DNA of 62,183 nucleotides, filler included, from Choristocarpus tenellus KU-1152 (taxonomy: Eukaryota; Protista; Phaeophyceae), in NCBI GenBank assembly GCA_964200185.2. It is 11 parts of 11 records of this genome, joined end to end, with 100 filler letters (N's around TTAATTAATTAA, not from the genome) between each part and the next. Parts side by side here need not be neighbours in the genome. Positions count along the whole stretch, not along the records: positions 7,475 to 17,696 come from CAXNAD020003062.1; positions 17,797 to 23,214 come from CAXNAD020010843.1; positions 23,315 to 30,630 come from CAXNAD020006345.1; 8 more parts are not named here. One strand, given 5' to 3'. Below, in pieces: positions 11,451 to 23,368 of the stretch. Made by a program: the position numbers and the translations under genes. The notes beneath the pieces are model-generated. The model ran no database searches, was not told where the DNA came from, and was given only the letters and a program-made list of their open reading frames with translations. Positions within the stretch are counted from its first letter, which is position 1. The number at the start of each line of letters is the position of its first letter.

Positions 11451-14400
11451 CTCCAAAGGTATCATCGGCTGGTTCGGTCAATGTACTCAAGGGTAAGACA
11501 AGTATTTTTCTTGTCACCAACTGTTAACAATTTCTAGCATTACTGGCCTCACTCAATTTATTGTAGAGAAAAACCCCACTCCATCTTCAGCAGTAACAGT
11601 AGATGTAGCATGTCATCCAACTCTTTCCTGACTAGAATTATTCCAACTCCTTTCTGGGTGCTACCTTTCATCTAATTGTTACCATGGCCGTTACTATTCT
11701 TATTATTATTTTTTTCATTTTTACAAGCACTGTAGGAGTACATCTATTTTTGATAATCACCATGGTGATGCGATCCAACTCTTACATGGCCACAACCTAC
11801 AGCAAGCACAATTTCACACATGTGACGTAGTTCTAGTACTAACCCTAACCCTAACCCAAGATTTGTGCATTGGGTATTTACTAGTACTATTAACAGTACC
11901 TAGTATGATTTCGAATTGATACACTTGTATCTACAGGAAGTTTATATGTCACATCAACACTCAATACATACCTGTTTCCCTATGGTGATTGTGCTCTTGA
12001 TGCCTGATGCTGATGTGTCATCATGGTGCTGATGCTATTTTTGCTATAAAACCAATGTGTCATCATGGTTCCACCTGCTCTTGTGATCTTTTTTGAGGCC
12101 AGCGGATGAGGGTAAATTGGCAACCAAGGTCTACCATGGTGTTAACATGCTAGTATTGGCAGGAGTACCTGTGGCGATAACAACGAGCCCATCTATGATC
12201 ACTAAACCTTTGGATGTGTTGCTGGGTCTGGCTATTCCCATTCATGCACACATTGGAATGAACTACAGTGAGTGTTGGTTTGAACCTGAATTATAGTAAC
12301 AATTTCATAGCCTGGTTGTTGACACGTTTGGACTTGTAGTCATAGTACTAACCTTCAAATGTATAATACATGAAAATACTAAGACTTTTTGAGTCGTCGC
12401 CAACCACTGTGTTGCCCTTAGCCTGGTTTGATTCGCCTCTAGTACGCTGTGTTTCCTTACATTGTCTCAAACTTGAGGCACACGCCAGGTTCCGAATCAG
12501 CTATGATGAACATGAGGTCCAGCATGTTTTAGAAGCAGGACGTGTCAGTTATCGTGTGCTCAGAACTACCTGATTGTGTTGGTTACACTTGAATGAAGAA
12601 ATGCAACTTATCATGGTGACCGGCCACCTAAAGCTTTCTTGAGTTATGTTGACAGTTGAAGGTGTACCCTGTGCTGGGACCGGTCATTTTTATGTGTGTG
12701 TGAGAAGTGCTTTGAAGCATGGTAACTTTTTTTTTTAATAGTTGATATTAATCGCAAGGTTACATTCAATATATTGAAATAGTGTACTTTTTTTTTTATA
12801 GTTGATATTAATCGCAAGGTTACATTCAATATATTGAAATAGTGTACCTTTTTTTAAATAGTTGATATTAATCGCAAGGTTACATTCAGTATATTGAAAT
12901 AGTGTACCTTTTTTTTTATAGTTGATATTAATCGCAAGGTTACATTCAGTATATTGAAATAGTGTAACTTTTTTTTGGTAGTTGATATTAATCGCAAGGT
13001 TACATTCAGTATATTGAAATAGTGTACCTTTTTCACCAATATGTACAGTGCCGGTTTTCCTAAGATCATGCAAATAACTGTTGGGGTTCATTCACTCACA
13101 TCCTATCCCTAACCCCTCAAGTTGTGAACTCTATCCAGACAAGTATAGGTTTGAAGCTGATACGATTTACTGATACCAACTATTGTGCATCATTCTGAGA
13201 GTTCCATGCATACAATTTTTGATGTCGCACTGAGAGTATTTTTGGGAATATTTTTGTTTTTTTTAGGATGTCATAATCATCTTCAACTGCGACTTCAACT
13301 TCAACTTACCAATGGTGTAGCTGTACAATAGTATTTGTTATCTGTATCTCTTGTCAATTCCTTTTTTGGAAGCACTGACCCAGTGGCACAAAGTTCTATT
13401 TTACTTTGTGATTGTTTTGTTAATTTTATCACTTCATTGTGTGACTAATCAATGGCGGGCTGTAACCCTATTTATATAGTAGTATCTCCAATTGCACTTT
13501 GCTCTGTCTGAGTCCCCAAGCAAGCTCCATTAGTACAACCTCCCTTCCATGTTGCAGAACCTTTTATGTTTTCTTTGACTTCTTTTGTTCTTTGTATGTA
13601 TATATATTTCCACTTTTAGTTAAACTAGACACTGGTGTTATTTTTGATTGCAACAGTTATCACTGACTATGTGCCAAGATCAGGTCGGGGTATGGCAAGG
13701 GGAGGCATGCTTGCTGCTACTGTGCTGGCCACCCTTGGCCTTCTCAAGGTGATGTTACAGTATCCATATACAGTGGCATTGGTGATCGTTTTATGGGGAG
13801 TAATAATGAGATAGCAAGGTGTATTGTGTTCCATCACGCACCCCTATTTATGTGTATGTGCATTTGTGAATGGCTATTCAACCTCCCAGGACACTATATG
13901 TCAATATGGACTACCAGGTAAGGGTAAGTTGTGGTAGGTGTGGTCCACGGCCATCGCCACAACTTGTGTGGTTTGATGGACGTTGGTACTGCTAAATTCT
14001 GGTTGATGGGTTTGTTCATTATGTTTCAATACCAGTAACTACCACTACAGTATTGATATTACCATACCTATTGGAGTGAGGTCAGGGTTAGGGTTTGGGC
14101 TAGATTTGGTGAGCGCTTGATGGCTTATCAGAGATAATTAATTAGTTGGCTGGTTAAGGGTTACGGCTAGCGTGTTTGGGGTTAGGGTTAGGTGTGTCAA
14201 TTGAGTTGAACTGGATTGTCTGTTGCTGAGCAAGCTTGATTTTGGTGAGTAGTGTCTTGAGGACCTTAAGTAAAAAGCAATGACTACTTTGTACTTGAGT
14301 AATGGTTCCTGGGAGATTGCTGATAGGTGGTGGTGTTGTTGTTGTTGTGAGGGGAGGAGGATGATGGTCACACTTTGACTATGGTGTCATCAAGAAAGGT

Positions 14401-15774
14401 AACTTGGCATCATCACTGGTTGGACAACTGGCAAGAAGTACGTTGGTCATTGTGCTTACCATGATTGTGGTGATACAAGTGAGATACTCCAACACAATAC
14501 CAAGGAGGTTCAAGAAATGGCCCATTGATGAATGAACACAGCTGTCTCTCTTCAGCACTATTATTTTATTATTTTTCATGTTCATAGGATCTACAATAAC
14601 TGTACTTTTAGAGTTATGGGGAGTGCCTGGAGCAATATTTGTTAGAGGTACAGTGTAAGTAGCGTTCACAGTGTGATGTAGCTACTGGAACAACTTAGGG
14701 TTAGGGTTACTAACCCTAACCCTGGAGCAATATTTATTAGAGGTACAGTGTAAGTAGCGTTCACAGTGTGATGTAGCTACTGAAACAACTTGAGTCTTCT
14801 TCGTGCTTTGAAGTGGTAGGACTCTGGTAGGACTCTGGTACATTGTTATCACTGGTGCTTGGTAGGTCCACTTCTTTCATCTTTTTTTTTTAGGGTTAGG
14901 GTTAAGATCGATTATAATCAATTTTCTGTTCTTGATACCGTTCGTTGTGTTGCTTTAGTTGCCTTATGACAAACTCCCAGCGCCTTTGAATTTGGATGTG
15001 AGGAGTGGTTTAACAGCGCATTATTCTGATTTTTTTTACTGGTGTGTTTTGGGATATTTGTATATTTGCAAGCTATTAATTGGAGTATGATATCTTAGTG
15101 GGGATGAGTTGGCAGGGATGCAAAAGGAATTTTTACATGTGCGTTTTTTCATTAATATTATTTAGTGAGGGTACCATGTTGTATTTAGCATTATTATTAT
15201 TATTTAGCACCTTTGAACCTTTTTTATTTGCACCAGATAAGGAATAGGGTTAGGGTTAGGGTTAGTTCATGCCCACACTCCATCAGACTTATATAGTTGA
15301 GGGTAAGCGAGATACATTTATGTCAAGTGTCCATGACCTGTCTTCAAAGTGATCCGATTTTGGCAGTTATATGATCCTTACTAACCCAAACCCTAACTCT
15401 TTCCTTTAGGCTCTAGAAGTTGAGGCATTTACTTTGCTACACGGATGTGATAATGTTGAAGTAAAAGGTCTCTGTTATTAGGGTTAGGGTTATTTGGGAG
15501 TACAGACTGTCACCAGCAGTCCACAAGTGGAGCTATTGATTCCTATTGGGTTATCATCCCACTTCATTTTTTTGAAGCATGTAGAGAGGTGATAGGTCTG
15601 TTCTGACATAACCTCTCTCTACTCTTTTCCACATGCAATATGTATCGATGCTTTTGTACCCACTATCTGCAGCTAAATATTGAAGGAGCAGGTTTGACGG
15701 AAACTCTCAAGGCGACTTGGAGACAGCCCACAGCAGAGACTTCAGAGGAAAGAGAAGGGGGCAAAACCACATAA
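11451..15774 (+). CDS. SDH4: Succinate dehydrogenase cytochrome b small subunit (CybS/SDH4); first exon(s) not located
   Basis: Exons 11451-11492, 12103-12267, 13657-13748, 15673-15774 splice in phase. Product: ...ADEGKLATKVYHGVN...PLDVLLGLAIPIHAHIGMNYIITDYVPRSGRG...TLGLLKLNIEGAGLTETLKATW...*. The HxHxGxxxIIxDY motif and three hydrophobic helices are typical of CybS. Confidence 0.9.
12722..13032. repeat. 60-bp minisatellite, about 5 copies, in SDH4 intron
   Basis: Exact 60-nt period: T-tract-TAGTTGATATTAATCGCAAGGTTACATTCARTATATTGAAATAGTGTA. Confidence 0.95.
14626..14791. repeat. 71-bp direct duplication flanking head-to-head telomeric repeats
   Basis: Copies 14626-14696 and 14721-14791 (2 mismatches) separated by AGGGTTAGGGTTACTAACCCTAAC. 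Confidence 0.95.
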
Positions 15775-17530
15775 GAATAATTATAGTGTTGGTCAGTAAT
15801 ATTTGGGTAAGGGTTGGGTTGTCTAAAAAAGAGCGTGAGGTTGTTTTTATGCAACTTGATGGCTCTAATATTTACACTGATTTGGATGAGGTGATATTGA
15901 TGGTGTTGTCTGTCTGTTGATATGAAATTGTGAACATTTGTCCAAGAATGCACTTTACTTTAAACTCATAACATGATCAGGAATGAAAGAGTCCATCAGT
16001 GGGCAATTGCCAACCCTGGCTGACTTGGCAATGACTTGTGACAGAGTGTTGTAAGGGCGCTAAAGGAAGGGAAGGAAACATGTAGAGCAAACTTTGTTCT
16101 AACTTAGATGAGTTTGACATTTTCTGGTGGGTTAGGGTTAGGTCAATGAGAAATCTGCGCAGGGTCTCCATCAGCTCCTCCAGGAGGAGGTTGGTGTTGA
16201 CAGGAGGGGAGGAACTATTCAAAGCGTAGGCAGCTGTTGGGCTTAGCTTTCCGTTGCTGTCTATGACCTCGTTTTGTATTTTGTTTTTTGAAAGCAGTGA
16301 TCTAACTGGTTACAGTCCCACATTAGTTAAACAATCAACAGAAAGTATCTTGTCACAGAACTGATTTATGGATGCAAGGCATATGCAGTAATCATGGTTG
16401 TGAAGACATCTACAATATCCTCCAACACATCCACATTACTTTGTATCATTGAGTATCACATACAACCATACTATCAGTTAGTCTTAGCTATGTATGTTGT
16501 GGCGATTCACCATTGTTGCCATCAATTCGCAACTTAATTGTACACACTCAAGTACAATAACGCATACACAGTATAATTTGAATTGATGGTATAGAGTAGT
16601 GAATGACCACAACATACAAACCATCCATCGAGGGCACTTTCTCGTGCTAAGGTGGTTTGACCAAGTCTATGACGTCTTGTATTATTAGTCATTCTTAGAG
16701 TATATTTTGTGCTTGTCCTCACCTTATTCTGGGGACTGTGGTAACAGGCACTACACACTGTACTTGTTCTCATCTTTCCTACAAGCTAGGCTGCCTTTGC
16801 TGTACGACCAAGTGCAATGCTACAAGTTATAGAGATACTATTCATAGCACAGCATACATACGCAATCAATAATAGTTCAAACAATGACCCGCCCATGTAT
16901 TTATTTGTGTAAGTTTTGTTCAGCTCCTCCTCTCCTTCTCACGCTGCCTCCTTCAAAAAAAAAATGCAGTATTCATTTTGGTGGTGTGCCATTCTGCAAT
17001 AATTTAGACTTGTACCTGTTTCCCACATTTTTTTGAGGCATAAATACTACCAACTATTCTGGAGTAGTGTATGACTTTATATTGCAGCAGCACTACATAG
17101 TATGATGCAGGTGTACAATTTGAAGTGCTTGACATGTCAACTTTGTCGTGTTGAAACCATTTTTCTCTGGCAGCAATCTAGAGATGAATGGATTCAAGCT
17201 AGATCACTCACACTCCATTACAAGAGAGTTCTCTGACCTTTCACCACTGAGTTCCGAGAACACTCTCTCTTTCTACTTTACCTTTGACTGGCCAAATACA
17301 TTATTCATTGGATAGGTCTGGCACTGGAATATTTCTAAATGGAGAAAAGTTATGTGGTGTATCCAGTCACAGGGTTTAGATGTATGTACTCGGTAGTGCT
17401 TGGAAGTTTTGCATTTAAATCCAGTTTTCTATATTTTGCGATTCAATTATATTCCTCACGGATGAAATTCTAAGCTTGACTTCAAAGCATTCATGTCTAT
17501 TTGAAAAAATTGAATACAATTTAGAAAATT

Positions 17531-17696
17531 GGGTCAAAGTATCTGGGGGGGGGGAGTGTCGACGTCCGTTTTTCACCCTTTTTTCGATTTTCACTTTGGA
17601 ATGAAATGTCAGCAAAAAAAGAGTTGCTTGACCGAAACGGACGCTCCGTCACAACCCCCCTCCCCCCCCCCCCCCCGCCTCTTTTTCCCCAAATTT
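17531..17696 (+). mobile_element. MITE family C (right end degenerate or at gap)
   Basis: GGGTCAAAGTATCT(G)n terminus, internal inverted GTCCGTTT/AAACGGAC, C-run near the end. Confidence 0.7.
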
Positions 17697-17819
17697 NNNN
17701 NNNNNNNNNNNNNNNNNNNNNNNNNNNNNNNNNNNNNNNNTTAATTAATTAANNNNNNNNNNNNNNNNNNNNNNNNNNNNNNNNNNNNNNNNNNNNCGAG
17801 AGAATACTAAGAAGGGTTT

Positions 17820-18017
17820 GGGGGGGGGGGGGGGGGTGGGGGTCTGTCCATTTGGGGACCATTTTTCCATGTCGCAATTATTAGGTGATTTGGTTTCATA
17901 TTTTGGATGGATAATGTAAGTGCATTTCTCCTGGTCAGGGCCCAAATTGGCACCCTGGTGTAGACCCCCTCCCACCCTGGTGTAGACCCCCCCCCCCCCC
18001 CCCAGATACTTTGAGAC
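17820..18017 (+). mobile_element. MITE family A with internal duplication of CACCCTGGTGTAGACCCC
   Basis: Family A body, ending AGATACTTTGAGAC. Confidence 0.85.
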
Positions 18018-18554
18018 ATGCTTCAATATACCACCGCTGGACATGGTATGACATGACTTCCACTGATAGAACAGTCTTCACAGGTTCATACTGCTAACTA
18101 ATGCCATGCTACATTAGAGAAATCCCACTAAAAGTCCCACAAATAATATACCTTCCATGGCACATGATTTCTCAGTACCAGCTACAAAAAAGTCTTCCAT
18201 CTCAATTCATTTTCAAATTCTACCTTCAAAACGCCTTCAAGATTACATGTATATATATAGACATTGTTGTAAGATTATCAAACCCTACATCACTCTCAAC
18301 TCCAAAAAAAAAAACCAAAAAAACCTTCCACATCACAAATCCCTTCTTTTATTTATATATTTTTATGTACGTACTTTCAACAAAAAAACTCTCACGCTCT
18401 AAATTGTTGCCAAAAATAAACTATACTATACTAAATATATAAACTAAACTAAACTAAACTATATACTATACTATATATATAAACTGTTCTTATATAAACA
18501 CGCCTTCCAAAAATATGCCATCCTCCACTTCCAACCAATTCAAGAAGACCAAAC

Positions 18555-18751
18555 CTGTAAGTGGTTCCCAAGTCTATCCCAATGCAGGGGCCATCTATCT
18601 TCCCCTCCCCAGGCTTGTTTCCCCCTGTCCCTCCCGATGACCCCCCACCCCTCAAGCACAGACACCCACGCAACGACGCCTGCCAAGGGTCTGAAGCTCC
18701 CTCTCCACTCCTTCCATTGTGGGTTGTACCATGGGGTTGAAAGAGCCGGGG
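18555..18751 (-). CDS. HSP70: Hsp70-family chaperone, exon with end of N-terminal extension and start of ATPase domain
   Basis: Exon (CAG acceptor 18752-18754, GT donor 18553-18554) encodes ...CLCLRGGGSSGGTGGNKPGEGKIDGPCIGIDLGTTY. IGIDLGTTY is the Hsp70 signature 1. Downstream exons lie beyond the contig break. Confidence 0.85.
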
Positions 18752-18758
18752 CTGGTAG

Positions 18759-19180
18759 AGCACAGTGGACATAGTACACCCAAAGAGTTAATTAAAAGGT
18801 TTTAACAAGTATAGCACAGTGAACATAGTACACCCAAAGAGTTAATTAAAAGGGTTTAACAAGTATAGCACAGTGAACATAGTACACCCAAAGAGTTAAT
18901 TAAAAGGTTTTAACAAGTATAGTCAGCATAGTACACCCAAAGAGTTAGTTAAAAGGTTTCAACAAGTGTAGTCAGCATAGTACGCCTAAAGAGTTAAAAG
19001 GTTTAACAAGTATAGTGAAGATAGTACACCCAAAGAGTTAAAAGTTTGAACTAGCACAGTAAACATAGCACTGGTCAGAAGGTTTTAATAAGTATAGTCC
19101 GCGCAATACACCCCAAAAGTTAAAAGGTCGAACAAGCACAGGAAACATAGTACGCCCAAAGAGTTAAAAGGTTGAACAAG
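18759..19180. repeat. Minisatellite of about 45-54 bp, roughly 9 diverging copies, in Hsp70 intron
   Basis: Unit ATAGTACACCCAAAGAGTTA(ATTA)AAAGGTTTTAACAAGTATAGCACAGTGAAC. Confidence 0.9.
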
Positions 19181-19554
19181 ACCATCAAAGGGGAGGGGGA
19201 CACTGTATATATATATTATATACATGTGCATATGTGTGTACATTCATGATGTATGTAAACACTATTGTTAGTAGTATTTTCTGAGGGCACTGTGTATGTA
19301 TGTGGTACATAATAACATTGTATATATTACAACTTGGGAAATCTTTATGATGCATGTTAACAAAATCCTCATTCCTGCTTTCTAGAACTGGGACTAAGAA
19401 CCCAACACAATTGAACTAACCCTAACCCTAACCCAACACAATCGAACTCCGCCCCAACACTAACCCTAACCTAAGGCTAGAGACACTGCATCAAACCCAA
19501 CACCCCATTAATCTATGTGTGCACACGTATCTAAAAATACGTACATATTAATGC

Positions 19555-19845
19555 TTGTATGTATATATATACATATATACATATACATACACACATATAT
19601 ACATATATACATATACATACACACATATATACATATATACATACACACATATATACATATATACATATATACATATACATACACACATATATGGGTTAGG
19701 GTTAGGGTACATACACATATATACATATATGGGTTAGGGTTAGGGTACATATATACATATATATGGGTTAGGGTTAGGGTACATACACATATATACATAT
19801 ATACACATATATGGGTTAGGGTTAGGGTACATACACATATATAAA
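19555..19845. repeat. Compound (TA/CA)n microsatellite with four embedded GGGTTAGGGTTAGGGT blocks
   Basis: Direct reading. Confidence 0.9.
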
Positions 19846-19974
19846 CATGTCCGTTTATTTATGTGCCAGTCTGAGTACATATATGTGAATGTACAAGCAC
19901 ATGCATGATTCTACCAAGCCCTTCACCCCCCATCCCCCACCCCTCACTCTCACAATGGCAAAAAAGAAGAAATT

Positions 19975-20040
19975 TCTAACCCTAACCCTAACCCTAACCC
20001 TAACCCTAACCCTAACCCTAACCCCAAACTTGACCCTAAC
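19975..20040 (-). repeat. Interstitial telomeric tract (CCCTAA)n, about 8 perfect units plus degenerate tail
   Basis: Direct reading. Confidence 0.95.
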
Positions 20041-20089
20041 ATCAACCTTGGCAACAGACAAGATACAGTCATTTTCAAAAAAGACCATA

Positions 20090-20170
20090 GCATTGATTTA
20101 AACATTACCATCATTGATTTAAACACTACTATTATTGATTTAAACATTACCATCATTGATTTAAACATTG
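20090..20170. repeat. 21-bp tandem repeat, about 4 copies
   Basis: ATTGATTTAAACATTACCATC-type units. Confidence 0.85.
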
Positions 20171-21099
20171 CTATCCAAAAAAACTCGTTTACAATTAAAT
20201 CAACAAAAATATAAATATACATACACATGTATACATATATATGTGTATGTGTATGTACGAATCTAAATTCTCCAACCTCTCTTCAAACATAGATACATAG
20301 TACACACACACATACATATACACATACATATACACATACATACATACCAAATCTGCCTCTATATTATTCCATAAATCTGTCAATCTGAGTACAAACCACC
20401 AACGCAGGCAACATTCTCAAATACAGCAGTCTTCCAGTAACTCAGCAGGAGTTTACATTTACCCTCCATGAGTATCAAATTCCATGCTACGCAGTGTGTA
20501 CCTCCATACATCCCATGCGGAGGCATTGCAGTACCACGCTAACCCTAACCCTACTGAAATAGAAATAATATTTTGTTTGCCAAACTGTCGAGACTCTGTG
20601 CGCGTGAAACTGTCAGGTGTAAAACAGAGGTTCCCATAAACACACACGCCAAGTGAGGCGCGGACGATATCTGTCACTGCTGTCATTTATTTTTTTTTAA
20701 ATCGGTGAGACAAGACACCGTTGTCGTAAAAAAACAAAAACAAAAATCAGCCTTACAACAGCAAAAGGGTTAGGGTTAGGGATAAAAGGGATTGTCAAGG
20801 CGGTAGGCACAATAACTGTTCCGTAGAAACACAAAAAAATTGAAGCCAATGCAAAAGGAGTGCGTTGTCTAGGGTTAGGGCGGAATGTGGAGCGTGAAAT
20901 GTGGAATAAGGGTCGAGTCAAAACTCTTGAAAGAAAAGGACACGAGCGCTAGTGCTCTCACACCGTCCACCTCCCTCTTGAACCCGATTACCAACAAACA
21001 CATTGGCGGGCGGGGAGGGACGACATACACACCGTGGGAGGGGTCGTACCGCTACAGGGCGAGAGATCTTTTCCACTTTTCTTAATTGTTTGCTGCAAC

Positions 21100-21185
21100 G
21101 GTTAGGGTTAGGGTTAGGGTTAGGGTTAGGGTTAGCACATCTGTAGAGGTTAGGGTTAGCACATCTGTAGAGGTTAGGGTTAGGG
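21100..21185 (+). repeat. (TTAGGG)n tract interrupted by two copies of CACATCTGTAGA
   Basis: Direct reading. Confidence 0.9.
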
Positions 21186-23314
21186 CCAGCCCGAGGAGTA
21201 GAGAGTTTCGTGGTAGAAGCACTTCCGATTGGCTGATTGTTGAACTGTGGTTGGTGTGTTTCGCTTCTCAATATTGTCGTCTTTGTCTGTCTCCCCACCA
21301 GTAGAGATTACATCGGAGCGGATCACTTGAACGAGGCATGAGTCTCAATTTTTGACAATTTTTGACAATTCTTGACAATTTTTGACGCTCTCCTTCCCCC
21401 ACCGTGATCGGAGAACAAGACAGGGCTGCTGCAGTAGACATCGAGCATACTGCGCCTGATATTGACAAGACTGATTTAGAGACCAACTACACTTGCCCCT
21501 TTCATTTTCTTGTTTAGGGAAGACTCACTTGCAAAGAAAGGGACGAGAGGCCTACCAAGTGATACTGCTTCTCTACGCTCAGATCCAAGCGGTATACCAT
21601 CTAAGAGTAGTCGTAAGCATCTTCCTCATCCAGAACTAGCCTCACTTCAAGGTTTCAAGGTTTTCTGGAATCATAACTAGTACACGATTCAAAAGACAAC
21701 CAGCACAATCAATAACTGTTCGAAAGGCTTCAGGGGAAAGGTGGATAACTGATGCACGGTGGCTGTAGATCATCCTACCGTCGCAAAGAAAGGCATCATA
21801 CTATGAAGTTGGAATGATTCAGCACTCAGGTGGCAATAGCATTGCAAGAAGGACATCACTGTTTATAGTTTTAATTGGAAACTAGTTACAGTTATCTTGG
21901 CCCGTCTAGTGTCTTGTTTGAATGGACTACACCGGTCAACAGCATAATACTATCAAGCTTCAAATGTACTCCACCAAGTTACAGCATTACAAGCGTGCCT
22001 GCTGCATACAGGGTGAGTACGAAAATAATACACAGTTCAAATATCATTTTGGGGCTTGAGATGGTTGACGGCTGTAGAATATCAACAGTGGCATTGTGGT
22101 CGTCTCATATGAGGATATTTTGCCCTCCACCGTCAAAGACATCCCTCAAGTGTGCTGCCACTAGTACGTTTCTCTCAAGGGTAGTGCACACCAAGAAAAA
22201 ATGTTGTCCACAAGCTTCGAGACTTGCTCACAAATTTTCCAACTAAACAGAATGGATAAGAGCAAAGTATTGATGGCATCACTGAGCTGCTGCCCTTGAG
22301 GAGGGCAAGCTGGCCATGTAATAGAGGTCACATGCAATAGAAAAACCTAACAAACAAGATCTAGTTAGGCATAGGTAGTCTTTGTGGCCCCTCTTCTGTC
22401 ACACACCACCTACTTCATTGGAATGTGTACATCATACTCCAATCGCACCTTACGAGCCCACAGACTGTTCGCCTTGATAGCATCGGCCCACGAGCTTATC
22501 CCCCCAGCGGACGAGGTTGAATGAGCAAGCGAACATTTTATGTTGGTGTTGTAAACAACTGTTGCAGCTACTAATGCCAAGGGTGAAGATAGCCTCATGA
22601 CCTCTCCTGTTGAGGGCTGGCAGTGCAGCCCTCAGATCCCAAGTTTCCTTGGCTTGCTCTGCCACTTGGCAAGGGTGAGCGCGGTAAGGAAGGCCACACA
22701 GATACCTCTCGGTAATCTGACGCGTCAGCTACGTCCTTCTTGTCCAAGGTTGTGTGTCTCAGGATTTGCCTTTACTTGCAAAGGTTAATAGGTAGGTGTT
22801 GTGGTAGTTCTTGGAGTAAAGCATGTGGAAGGACGAACGGCAATATCTCTGGCCACGTGGAGGTATACTGTAGATGGCCCACTTTAAGGCATGGATACTT
22901 TTATATTTCTCCTTATAGATAGTTTACTTTCTAGACTATTTTATATTATTATGCCCTCTGACATTTTGGAGATGTGTCAGTGGGAAAACCAATGATTCTA
23001 CCATATCGTATACACTATCTCTTTATATATAGTCATAGATTACTTTCTACACTATCGCTTACACTACCTCTTTATAGATACATCACCTTCTGGACCATAA
23101 TTTATTATGCCCTCTCACACATTTTCCAGATAACAGCCAATTTGTTTTGCTCACGAATTCTGGATTATTATTATTATTTGCTCATTCCTAATTTGCTATT
23201 CCTCTATCCTCTATNNNNNNNNNNNNNNNNNNNNNNNNNNNNNNNNNNNNNNNNNNNNTTAATTAATTAANNNNNNNNNNNNNNNNNNNNNNNNNNNNNN
23301 NNNNNNNNNNNNNN

Positions 23315-23368
23315 CCCAAATGGACACCCTGGTGTAGACTCCCCCCCCCCTCCCAGATACTTTGGGCC
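23315..23368 (+). mobile_element. MITE family A right end
   Basis: CCCAAATGGACACCCTGGTGTAGAC...AGATACTTTGGGCC at contig start. Confidence 0.8.

Noticed and set aside
12500-12575. C/D box snoRNA (ATGATGA...CTGA) in the SDH4 intron
   Set aside because: No recognisable rRNA-complementary guide and no proper terminal stem; such box pairs arise by chance.
12722-13032. CRISPR-like array, or the 118-aa repeat ORF at 12735-13091
   Set aside because: The spacers are only T-tract variants, no cas genes are present, the context is a eukaryotic intron, and the ORF results from a period divisible by three.
19508-20228. ORFs rich in YI/HT, VRVRVR, LTLTLT or GLGLGL
   Set aside because: They are translations of microsatellite and telomeric repeats.
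20697-20921. Signal-peptide exon for the Hsp70 (FALASIFLCFYGTVIVPTALT)
   Set aside because: Hydrophobic and correctly placed, but there is no in-frame ATG and it contains telomeric tracts; not supportable without transcripts.
19975-21185. True chromosome end
   Set aside because: The tracts are short, internal, in both orientations and flanked by unique sequence.
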